A DNA stretch of 16,037 nucleotides, from assembly GCA_043754515.1 (NCBI GenBank), contig JAYUUO010000062.1, positions 1 through 16,037 on the forward strand, in the 5' to 3' direction. The translations under genes and the position numbers were made by a program. Source of the DNA: Armatimonadota bacterium (lineage in GTDB: Bacteria > Armatimonadota > Armatimonadia > Armatimonadales > Armatimonadaceae). Shown here one piece after another: positions 8,024 through 15,891 of this stretch. Each line of letters begins with the position of its first letter. Position 1 is the stretch's first letter. Under the pieces are notes generated by a model, which was given only the letters and a program-made list of their open reading frames with translations, was not told where the DNA came from and did not search any database.

Positions 8024-8497
8024 ATGAACACACAACCGCCGTACAAACTCGGCCACGTCCACTTAAAGGTACGCGACCTCGACCGGGCCGTCTCGTTCTA
8101 CACGCGGACGTTCGGGCTTGCAATCTCGGAGCGCGTCGGGGATGCCTACGCGTTTCTGACGGACGGGATAGTACACCACGTCGTCGCGCTACAAGCAGTG
8201 GGGGCACTCGCCCCGGACGCCCCGCCGCACGGGGTCGGCTTATACCACACTGCATTCGAGGTGTCGGACAAAAGCGCGTTCGCGGCCGCCTACGTCGCCC
8301 TTCTCGACGCTGGGGAGCGGGCCGTCGCCGTGGATCACGGGATCAGTTGGGCACTTTACTTCAGCGACCCGGACGGCAACGGGCTCGAAATATACGCCGA
8401 CACCAGGGGAGACGCGAGCGGCACAGGCGACTGGGCAGGGCTATCGCGCCGCCTGACGCACGAGGAGATCATCCGGGCTTCCGGTGCCGATCACTAA
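8024..8497 (+). CDS. VOC/glyoxalase family protein (catechol 2,3-dioxygenase-like single domain)
   Basis: LGHVHLKVRDLDRAVSFY, HHVVAL, GLYHTAFEV, DHGISWALYFSDPDGNGLEIY. Confidence 0.92.
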   Translation: MNTQPPYKLGHVHLKVRDLDRAVSFYTRTFGLAISERVGDAYAFLTDGIVHHVVALQAVGALAPDAPPHGVGLYHTAFEVSDKSAFAAAYVALLDAGERAVAVDHGISWALYFSDPDGNGLEIYADTRGDASGTGDWAGLSRRLTHEEIIRASGADH

Positions 8498-8507
8498 ACA
8501 CGGTCGC

Positions 8508-9101
8508 TCAGGGGATGTTCGCGGCGCACGCCGCGACGACGTGGTCGAGCACGCCCAGCAGTTCCGGCAAACGGTTCATCGTGAACAGGCCGGACACGAA
8601 CACCTCGGGCGTGCGCGTGAGCCGGTAAAATACCCAGCCCTGCCCGTTCGAGACGATGCCGTAGACCTCCGTCTCATGGCCGTCGCTCGTGTTCCGTTGC
8701 TGACAAACCGCCATCTCCGCAATGCACTGTACCTCGCCCGCCTCGAAATCGTCCCTTTTCGCCTCAATAGCGCACAGGAGCGGAGTCTCGACATAGGCGT
8801 AGTCGCGCGCGATCAGGTAGTCGGCGACGCCGCCGACCGTGGCCGCTTCGAGCGGCTCACCCTTCCACACTTTTAGCCGGGGATAGTCGGGGACGATCTC
8901 CGCGATGATCGTGTCAATCACCATCACTTTGGCCGCTTCGGAGGTCGTCAGCGCGAACGAGTTTAGCCGTTGCAAGTTTGCAACTAGCACATCGCTCGGT
9001 ACGCGATCGGGTGTGTTTAGCGTCCAGCGCGACGTGCGTTGCGCGGGGACAAGTTCCAGGGCGTCTTTGAGCGAAAGGCTTGAAAAGGCACGACGTGTCA
9101 T
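8508..9101 (-). CDS. PD-(D/E)XK-fold protein resembling the type I restriction HsdR N-terminal domain
   Basis: SEAAK...GVADYLI...AIEAKRDDF...QCIAEM...VYGIVSNGQGWVFY; TATAAT and GGAGG upstream. Confidence 0.7.
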   Translation of the reverse strand: MTRRAFSSLSLKDALELVPAQRTSRWTLNTPDRVPSDVLVANLQRLNSFALTTSEAAKVMVIDTIIAEIVPDYPRLKVWKGEPLEAATVGGVADYLIARDYAYVETPLLCAIEAKRDDFEAGEVQCIAEMAVCQQRNTSDGHETEVYGIVSNGQGWVFYRLTRTPEVFVSGLFTMNRLPELLGVLDHVVAACAANIP

Positions 9102-9164
9102 CGGCAGGTTCCTCCGCGCTATTATACACGCGCCGTGGTGTCGGAGGCGGAGCCACTTGTCAAC

Positions 9165-9665
9165 TCACAGCGCGAGCGTCGCCGCACCGTGTCTTTCGTG
9201 GGCGAGCAGGAACGCCTTGCGCTCCTCGCCGCCCACAAACCCCGTCAGCTTCCCCGACGCCCCGATGACGCGGTGGCACGGCACGATGATGCTCACGGGG
9301 TTGCGCCCGTTCGCCGCGCCCACGGCCCGCGCCGCGCCAGGGTCGCCGACGCGCCGCGCGAGTTCGCCGTAGGTGATCGTTTCCCCGTAGGGGATCTGCC
9401 GTAGCTCGCGCCAGACGGCCCGTTGAAACGCGGTTCCGTGGTCATCCGAGACCGGTACGGTGAACGATTCGCGCGTTCCCGCGAAATATTCGGCCAGTTC
9501 GTCGGCGGCATGCGCGAGAACGGTTGTCTTTTCGTCCACCCAATCCACGCCGATGCCCGCGCCGTTTTTGTGCTCGTTCATGTACATACCTGTTAGCGCG
9601 TCTCCACTCGCGGTCAGCAGTAGCCGACCGATGGGGCTTTCGACGTGGATGTAGTAGGTTCTCAT
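9165..9665 (-). CDS. ogt: Methylated-DNA--protein-cysteine S-methyltransferase
   Basis: SPIGRLLL, GTAFQRAVW..L..IPYGETITYGELA, ARAVGAANGRNP, active-site PCHRV. Confidence 0.97.
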   Translation of the reverse strand: MRTYYIHVESPIGRLLLTASGDALTGMYMNEHKNGAGIGVDWVDEKTTVLAHAADELAEYFAGTRESFTVPVSDDHGTAFQRAVWRELRQIPYGETITYGELARRVGDPGAARAVGAANGRNPVSIIVPCHRVIGASGKLTGFVGGEERKAFLLAHERHGAATLAL

Positions 9666-10597
9666 TCGGTTTCCTTTTCGCCAATCGTCATCCGACCGTC
9701 GTCAGGCGATAACGACACCGTATCCTCAATCGCCGGTGCCGGCGGCACCGGGGATAGCCCGCGCCATAGATGCATCACCGCGTACGCCCGCCACGGTCGC
9801 CACGCCTCCGCCCGCTCCAGCACCTCCTTCGGGCGCGTGGTGCCGAGTGCCTTGTACAGGCCCAGATCCGTGTGCGGGAAAGCGTCCGGATCGCCGAGTG
9901 CCCGCATGGCGACGTACTGCGCCGTCCATTCGCCGATACCGGGCAACGCTCGCAGGCTCGCCACCGTTTCCGCGATGTCGGCTCGCGGCGCGAACGAGAT
10001 AGTGCCGCCCGCCACCGCCTCCGCCAGCGCGAGGATACTCCGCGCCCGTGCCCCGACGATGCCAAGCGCGGCGACCGAGTCCATCGTTTCGTGCGTAACC
10101 CGCTCCGGCGTCGGGAAAAGGTGCGTCAGCCCCGGAAATCCGGTTTCGACCGGCGTGCCGAACGCGGCGGCGAACCGTCCGGCGAGCGTTGTCGCCGCCT
10201 TCACCGACACCTGTTGCCCCAGGATCGCCCGTACCATCATCTCGAACGGGTCGAACGCGCCGGGGACGCGCAAGCCGGGGCAGCCGCTCGCCAGCTCGCC
10301 AAGCCACTCCGAAATGGCATGGGGGTCAGCGTCCAGATTGAACAGCCGCTTCACCCGCGCCAGCACCGGCACTGTCGCCCCCGCGAGCGACGCCGACAGT
10401 TCGACACGGAGCGCGTCCCGGCCTGGCATCGGTTGCGCCGACACCACGCCGATCCGATCTTCCCAGCGCACCGTGCGCCGGTAGATATCGCCGTCCTTGA
10501 TCTCCACGCCGCGCACCGTACGACCAGCAATGAACTCCAGCAGTTCGGCCCACGCGAGAGGGGGCTTATAGGGCAGTTCGTAGCGTGAAACATCCAT
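9662..10597 (-). CDS. alkA: DNA-3-methyladenine glycosylase II (AlkA N-terminal domain + HhH-GPD)
   Basis: LPYKPPLAW, GLRVPGAFDPFE, AILGQQVSV, LPGIGEWTAQY, DPDAFP..D, WRPWRAYA. Start is ATG 10597 or GTG 10624. ATGA overlap with ogt. Confidence 0.93.
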   Translation of the reverse strand: MDVSRYELPYKPPLAWAELLEFIAGRTVRGVEIKDGDIYRRTVRWEDRIGVVSAQPMPGRDALRVELSASLAGATVPVLARVKRLFNLDADPHAISEWLGELASGCPGLRVPGAFDPFEMMVRAILGQQVSVKAATTLAGRFAAAFGTPVETGFPGLTHLFPTPERVTHETMDSVAALGIVGARARSILALAEAVAGGTISFAPRADIAETVASLRALPGIGEWTAQYVAMRALGDPDAFPHTDLGLYKALGTTRPKEVLERAEAWRPWRAYAVMHLWRGLSPVPPAPAIEDTVSLSPDDGRMTIGEKETE

Positions 10598-10660
10598 CGC
10601 TGTGTACTTTCGCTGTTCTTTCACAACCTAGCCATTTTCGGGCACGTGAAGGTATTCGCT

Positions 10661-10698
10661 AAAGAAATAAACCCCCGCCCTGTGGAACAGAGCGGGGG
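10661..10698 (-). terminator. Rho-independent terminator downstream of infC
   Basis: Minus strand CCCCCGCTCTGT-TCC-ACAGGGCGGGGG followed by TTTATTTCTTT. Confidence 0.88.
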
Positions 10699-10699
10699 C

Positions 10700-10800
10700 C
10701 ATCAACCAGAGATCGGGTGGGAGTTACCCCGGAAGTCGCGCGACCGCCAACCGCGAGCACGTGACTCCCAACCCACACCCCCTAACTTGCTCGCCGACGC
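10700..10800 (-). ncRNA. Candidate structured RNA in the infC 3' UTR
   Basis: Nested helices GGGTTGGGAGTCAC/GTAACTCCCACCC, with G-U-rich outer and inner helices that form only on the minus strand. Confidence 0.4.
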
Positions 10801-10803
10801 GGG

Positions 10804-11664
10804 CTACGCGACGGGCGCGTCCCCGGCGGGCGTGGGTACCGGCTCGGCGGGCGGCGTGGGTGCCGCCGATTCCGCGACAGGCGAGACTACTTCCGCAACC
10901 GGTGCCGCTGATTCCACTACGGGCGCGGGCACCGCCGTTACGGCGTCGTCCGCTTCCGGAGCGTCATCATCATCGTCATCATCCTCGTCGTCGTCATCCT
11001 CGCCCGATGTCTTCTCATCGTTCGGTGCTTCGCGTGCATCGCCCGTTACCACCTTGGGAGCAGGTTTTTCTTTGGGCGTGCCGGGCACGTTCTGGGTCGG
11101 CTTCTTTACGACCTCCTTACTCGGCGACAGCACCATGATCATCTGCTTGCCCTCCATCGTCGCGGGTCGTTCCACTATCCCGACGCCGGAGTCGGTAACG
11201 GCGGCGACGATCTTTTGGAGCGAGGCTTGCGCAAACTCCGGGTGTGTCATTTCCCGGGATCGGAACCGCACCGTGACCTTCACCTTATCCCCATCGCCGA
11301 GGAACTTCACGATGTTTTTGATTTTGAAGTCAAGGTCGTGGTCGTCCGTGCCAGGGCGCAACGTCATGCCCTTGATTTCGGCGGCCTGTCGTTGCTTCTT
11401 CGCGGCATCACGGTCTTTCTTGCCCTGCTCGTATTTGTACTTGCCGTAGTCCACGATGCGGCAGACGGGCGGTTGCGCGGTAGGTGCTACCTCGACCAGG
11501 TCGAGCCCCCGGCTACGAGCGATCTCCAGTGCTTCGCGCGGCGTCATGTTGCCGAGTTTGTTGCCCAGGTCGTCAATGACCAGGATTTCGCGCACACGAA
11601 TCCGCTCGTTGACGCGCGGTCCTAAATCTCTGCCGCGGTCGAAACGCGGGTCACGGTTGTTTAT
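10804..11664 (-). CDS. infC: Translation initiation factor IF-3 with ATA start and acidic/Ala-Pro-rich C-terminal extension
   Basis: RVNERIRVRE, GLDLVEVAPTAQPPVCRIVDYGKYKYE, FLGDGDKVKVTVRFRSRE; GGAGG-7 nt-ATA at 11664. Confidence 0.96.
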   Translation of the reverse strand: MNNRDPRFDRGRDLGPRVNERIRVREILVIDDLGNKLGNMTPREALEIARSRGLDLVEVAPTAQPPVCRIVDYGKYKYEQGKKDRDAAKKQRQAAEIKGMTLRPGTDDHDLDFKIKNIVKFLGDGDKVKVTVRFRSREMTHPEFAQASLQKIVAAVTDSGVGIVERPATMEGKQMIMVLSPSKEVVKKPTQNVPGTPKEKPAPKVVTGDAREAPNDEKTSGEDDDDEDDDDDDDAPEADDAVTAVPAPVVESAAPVAEVVSPVAESAAPTPPAEPVPTPAGDAPVA

Positions 11665-11777
11665 GTTGAGGCCTCCGGGATCTTTCTTCACCGGCGCGGT
11701 CACGCGCCGGAAACTTTTGGGTTCCTGCCCCGAGGATACCGCCGCCCGGAAAGGGTCGCTCGGATTTCGGGCAAAGC

Positions 11778-11806
11778 ATTTTACCAATCGTCCCTTTACC
11801 TGTCAA
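11778..11806 (-). promoter_or_regulatory. Sigma70-type promoter of infC
   Basis: TTGACA (11806-11801)-17 nt-TAAAAT (11783-11778) with an extended TGn. Confidence 0.88.
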
Positions 11807-11871
11807 GTTCGTGATCGCGCCCGAATGGGCGCGAGAACGGGTGAATCTAAATTACCTGTATGGCACATTGA

Positions 11872-11900
11872 TTGCATACAACATTAGTCATGCCTATAAT
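11872..11900 (+). promoter_or_regulatory. Sigma70-type promoter of the S9 peptidase
   Basis: TTGCAT (11872)-17 nt-TATAAT (11895-11900). Confidence 0.75.
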
Positions 11901-11940
11901 CGAGCAGTTGGTGTCATCGAAGTCGAAGGAGTGTTTTCCC

Positions 11941-14247
11941 CTGCCCTGTCCCGCTGTTCGCCGCGCGGTTGCCGCCGTGGCACTGTTGCTGCTGTTTTGT
12001 TGCCCCATTCCGCCCTCCGGTGCCGAGGGCGATAAAAATCTGTCGCTGGACGAAGCCCTCGGGTTCGCGGGCGGCATTGACCAGTACGGCTCCATCCCGC
12101 GCCTGCGCTGGCTCCGTTCGGCCAAGCCCGGCGAGCCGCCCGCCCTCGTGGAAACTCGCTTCGAGGCAGGGGGCACCACGCTCTACCGGGTGGACGCCCG
12201 AACCGGTGCCGCCACGCCACTCTACCGAGCCGATGCGCTACAAGCCGCGCTCAGTGCCCTGCCGGGGATGGACGAAAAGACGGCGCGGAACGCGTCCCGG
12301 AACGCCTCGTCCCTTCGCCTCGACGATACGGACCGCCGCGCCCTGCTGGAGATCGGCGGCGATATTTACGTCTATGACCTCGCGAAAAGCCGCGCCGCCC
12401 GCGTCACCGCCCTGCCCGATCAGCGGCGGACTGACATCTCCCTCTCGCCTGACGGAACCTACGTCGCTTTCGTGTCCGCGAACGACCTGTATGTCGCCCC
12501 CGTCCACTGGGATACCAGCGGCGCGACGCCGCCGGTTCGCGTAACGAGCGACGGCTCCGCGCGCGTCTTCAACGCGCATCTCGATTGGGTTTACGAGGAG
12601 GAGGTTTACGGACGCGGCGTCACGTCCGGCTATCGGTGGAGCGCGGACGGTAAGCGGCTGGCGTTCCTGCGGCTAGACGACACCGGCATCACGCCCATCC
12701 CGCTCGTGGATGATCTGCCGCGCGTGCCGGTGATGGAGCCGGAACTGTACCCCAAGGCGGGCGACCCGAACCCGAAGGCGAGTCTGTTCGTCGCGCTGAT
12801 CGGAGCCGAGACGGCACCGCTCACGCGCGTCAACCTCGACAATTATCCCGATGACGACCGGCTGATCGCGCGCTTCGGCTTCGCGCCCGACTCGGCACGG
12901 CTCCTCGTCCAGGTCCAGAACCGAACCCAGACGTTTCTGCACCTGCTCTCGGCGGATGTCAGCACCGGCACCGCGACGAAACTGTTGGAAGAAACCTCGC
13001 CCGCGTGGGTAGACATTCTAGACGAACCCCGTTTCCTCGCGGATGGCTCCTTCCTCTGGCGGAGCGCGCGCACCGGGTACCGTCACCTGTATCGCTACGG
13101 GCCCGATGGGATACCACGGGGCGCGGTCACAAAGGGGGATTGGGATGTGTCCGATTTGCTAGCGGTCAACGAAGTGGCGGGCGTGGCGTATGTCGCGGGC
13201 AACCAGACAGGAGCCACACAGTCCCAGGTTTTCAGCATACCCCTGTCGGCGGCGAGCGGTGGGGACGTGGCGGGGACGGCAATCCCGAAGCGGATATCCA
13301 CGCGCGACGGGACGCACGACGCCGCCTTCGATCCCTCCGCCACGCTATTCCTGGACCGGTGGAACGACCTCGGCGATCCGACACAGTTGCGGTTGCACGC
13401 CGCGAACACCGGCGCAGAACTCCGCCCTCTCGGCGCGAACCTGCTCCCGCTCACCACGCGCCGCGCCTACCGGCTGTCCACGCCACGCCTACTGACCATC
13501 CCCGCCCGCGACGGCTACAAGATGGACGCCGTGATGCTCAAGCCCACCGACTTCGTACCCACTAAGAAATACCCGGTCGTCTACTGCCTGTATGGAGGCC
13601 CCGCCTCGCCGACCGTGCTCGACCGGTGGGGCGTGGTCTCGCTCTGGCACCAGTATCTCGCGCAACAGGGCTGCATCGTGTTCCTGTGCGACAACCGATC
13701 CGCGAGCGCGAAGGGGACAAAGAACGTCTGGGGGATCTACAAACACCTGGGGGAAGGGGAGACCCGCGACATTGAGGACGCCTTCGCCTACCTGAAAACG
13801 TTGCCCTACGTTGACGGCAAGCGTGTCGGTGTCTACGGCTGGTCATACGGCGGGTTCATGGTCGAGTACCTCATGACGCACACCACCCTGTTCAAGGCGG
13901 GGGTCGCGGGCGCGGGGGTCTCGGATTGGCGCCTTTACGACAGTATCTATACCGAGCGGTACATGAGCACGCCCCAGCTGAACCCGGACGGCTACAAGGA
14001 AACGTCCCCGGTCGGCGCGGCGGCGAAGCTGTCCGGGCGGCTTCTGCTCCTGCACGGCACGATGGACGACAACGTCCACTTGCAGAACACGGTGCAACTG
14101 ATCTACGCCCTGCAACGGGCCGGGAAGCCGTTCGACATGATGCTCTACCCCCGCTCCCGCCACGGCATCTCCGACCCCGCCCTCTCCCAGCACATGCGCA
14201 CGCTACTCACCACCTTCCTGCTCGACAACCTGCGGGCGAAGCCGTAG
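11941..14247 (+). CDS. S9B dipeptidyl peptidase IV-like serine peptidase, probably secreted; start codon uncertain
   Basis: DWVYEEEV, YPKAGDPNP, GWSYGG nucleophile, HGTMDDNVH, catalytic His in SRHGI; hydrophobic signal segment RRAVAAVALLLLF. Confidence 0.93.
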   Translation: MPCPAVRRAVAAVALLLLFCCPIPPSGAEGDKNLSLDEALGFAGGIDQYGSIPRLRWLRSAKPGEPPALVETRFEAGGTTLYRVDARTGAATPLYRADALQAALSALPGMDEKTARNASRNASSLRLDDTDRRALLEIGGDIYVYDLAKSRAARVTALPDQRRTDISLSPDGTYVAFVSANDLYVAPVHWDTSGATPPVRVTSDGSARVFNAHLDWVYEEEVYGRGVTSGYRWSADGKRLAFLRLDDTGITPIPLVDDLPRVPVMEPELYPKAGDPNPKASLFVALIGAETAPLTRVNLDNYPDDDRLIARFGFAPDSARLLVQVQNRTQTFLHLLSADVSTGTATKLLEETSPAWVDILDEPRFLADGSFLWRSARTGYRHLYRYGPDGIPRGAVTKGDWDVSDLLAVNEVAGVAYVAGNQTGATQSQVFSIPLSAASGGDVAGTAIPKRISTRDGTHDAAFDPSATLFLDRWNDLGDPTQLRLHAANTGAELRPLGANLLPLTTRRAYRLSTPRLLTIPARDGYKMDAVMLKPTDFVPTKKYPVVYCLYGGPASPTVLDRWGVVSLWHQYLAQQGCIVFLCDNRSASAKGTKNVWGIYKHLGEGETRDIEDAFAYLKTLPYVDGKRVGVYGWSYGGFMVEYLMTHTTLFKAGVAGAGVSDWRLYDSIYTERYMSTPQLNPDGYKETSPVGAAAKLSGRLLLLHGTMDDNVHLQNTVQLIYALQRAGKPFDMMLYPRSRHGISDPALSQHMRTLLTTFLLDNLRAKP

Positions 14248-14294
14248 CGGGGCGTACTAGAACCGAACCGCCGCCATTTCGAGTACAATAGGGC

Positions 14295-15683
14295 ATGATT
14301 CCGTTACCTTTTCTACCCGTTCCCCTCACCGCCGTGCTACCCGCGCCCGCCGCGCCGGGCGCGGCCTCCGCGAAGCCCGCGCCGCTCCCGTTTCATGTCT
14401 CCACGCTCCCGAACGGCCTCAAAGTGATCACGCTGGAGGATCACCGCGCCCCCGTCGTTACTGTACAGGTCTGGTACCGGGTCGGGTCGAAGGACGAGCC
14501 GAAGGGTAAGTCCGGGTTTGCGCACCTGTTCGAGCATCTGATGTTCAAGGGCAGCAAGAACGTGCCGCCCGAGGGGCACGCCCGCTATGTCGAGCAGATC
14601 GGCGGCGCGTACAACGCCGGTACATCGTTCGACCAGACGCTCTATTACGAGACGGTTCCCGTGAACGCGCTGGAGCGGGTGCTCTTCCTCGAAGCCGATC
14701 GGATGGCGACACTGAACGTGGACGAGTCGAACCTCAAGTCCGAGCGCGACGTGGTTAAGGAGGAGTACCGCTCCCGCGTCGCCAACGCGCCGTACGGGGA
14801 ACTGATCCAGAACATCCTCTCGCTCGCCTACCCGACCGGGCACCCGTATGACCACGCGCCCATCGGCTCGATCCCGGACCTCGACGCGGCGACACTCGCG
14901 GACGTCAAGGCGTTTCACAGCACGTTCTACACGCCGGACAACGCGACGCTGGTGCTGGTCGGCGACTTCAAAACGCGGGACGCGATGAAGGTGGTGGAGA
15001 AATATTTCGCCGCGATACCGAAATCCGCGAGCGGGGTATTCCCGCGCATCCCGCTCCCGCATGAGGACGCTCCGAAGAGCGAAAAGCGGGCCGTCTTCCA
15101 TGACAAACTCGCCCCACTCCCGGCGGTCGGGGTAGCGTTCCGCGTGCCCGCGCCGAGCGACCCCGACGCGCCGGTGTTCAACGTGCTCACGCAGATCCTT
15201 TCGGCGGGGCAGTCGGCGCGTCTGTACCGGACACTGGTGCGCGACCAACAACTGGCTCTGCAAGCACAGGGGGGCGGCTTCGACCTCCTGAACGGCGGCA
15301 TGTTTTTCTTCTTCGCCGTCGCGAACGCCGGTAAATCGCCGGACGAGGTGGAGAAAGCGTTGCTCGCCGAAGTGGACAAGTTGCGCGCCGAACCCGTCAC
15401 CGACGCGGAGTTGGCGAAGGCGAAGAACCAGTTGTTGACCACCGAAGTGTTCGGGCGGATCGGCACCGAGTCTAAGGCGTCGGCACTGGCGTCGGCGGAT
15501 CTACTTTTCGGATCGCCGGACGAAGTGAACCATCGCTACGGTAAACTTATAGCGGTGACGGCGGCGGACGTCGAGCGGGTCGCGCGTAAATACTTCGCCC
15601 CCGAGCGGCGCAACGTGTTCGCGATGCTACCGGGCGTGGCAAAGCCCGACGCGGCGAAGCCGGTTCCGGCGAAAGGTAAGTAA
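14295..15683 (+). CDS. M16 (pitrilysin/insulinase) family zinc peptidase
   Basis: LPNGLKV, WYRVGSKDE, GFAHLFEHLMFKG (HxxEH), ERDVVKEE, FYTPDNATL; TACAAT lies 5 nt before the ATG. Confidence 0.95.
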   Translation: MIPLPFLPVPLTAVLPAPAAPGAASAKPAPLPFHVSTLPNGLKVITLEDHRAPVVTVQVWYRVGSKDEPKGKSGFAHLFEHLMFKGSKNVPPEGHARYVEQIGGAYNAGTSFDQTLYYETVPVNALERVLFLEADRMATLNVDESNLKSERDVVKEEYRSRVANAPYGELIQNILSLAYPTGHPYDHAPIGSIPDLDAATLADVKAFHSTFYTPDNATLVLVGDFKTRDAMKVVEKYFAAIPKSASGVFPRIPLPHEDAPKSEKRAVFHDKLAPLPAVGVAFRVPAPSDPDAPVFNVLTQILSAGQSARLYRTLVRDQQLALQAQGGGFDLLNGGMFFFFAVANAGKSPDEVEKALLAEVDKLRAEPVTDAELAKAKNQLLTTEVFGRIGTESKASALASADLLFGSPDEVNHRYGKLIAVTAADVERVARKYFAPERRNVFAMLPGVAKPDAAKPVPAKGK

Positions 15684-15782
15684 ACCCGAATCTTGAGTTG
15701 AGGTTGGTCGGTCGTCCTGATGTAAAATGAAGTCGCCAAACTCTACCTTTACACAGGACGACCTTCCCTGATTAGTATACCG

Positions 15783-15848
15783 ACGCCAACGGCCAAAGCG
15801 GTACGCCAATGGCCAAAGCAGTACGCCAACGGCCAAAGCGGTACGCCA
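15783..15848 (+). repeat. 20-bp tandem repeat, about 3.3 copies
   Basis: ACGCCAAYGGCCAAAGCRGT x3 + ACGCCA; copy 2 has two substitutions. Confidence 0.95.
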
Positions 15849-15891
15849 TCTTATTGCTCAGAACTTCCCGCTGTCACAAGTCTTGCCCCCG

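Noticed and set aside
10700..10800. SRP RNA, 6S RNA or tRNA
   Set aside because: No SRP domain IV motif, too short and without the central bubble of 6S, and no cloverleaf or TTC-loop.
9645..11449. Long + strand ORFs (9645-10484, 9770-10588, 10646-11449)
   Set aside because: Antisense shadows of alkA and infC in GC-rich DNA, with no recognisable motifs.
14337..15466. Long - strand ORFs opposite the M16 gene
   Set aside because: Antisense shadows of a well-supported gene.
15783..15848. Possible CRISPR array
   Set aside because: The repeats are contiguous 20-mers with no spacers and no cas genes.
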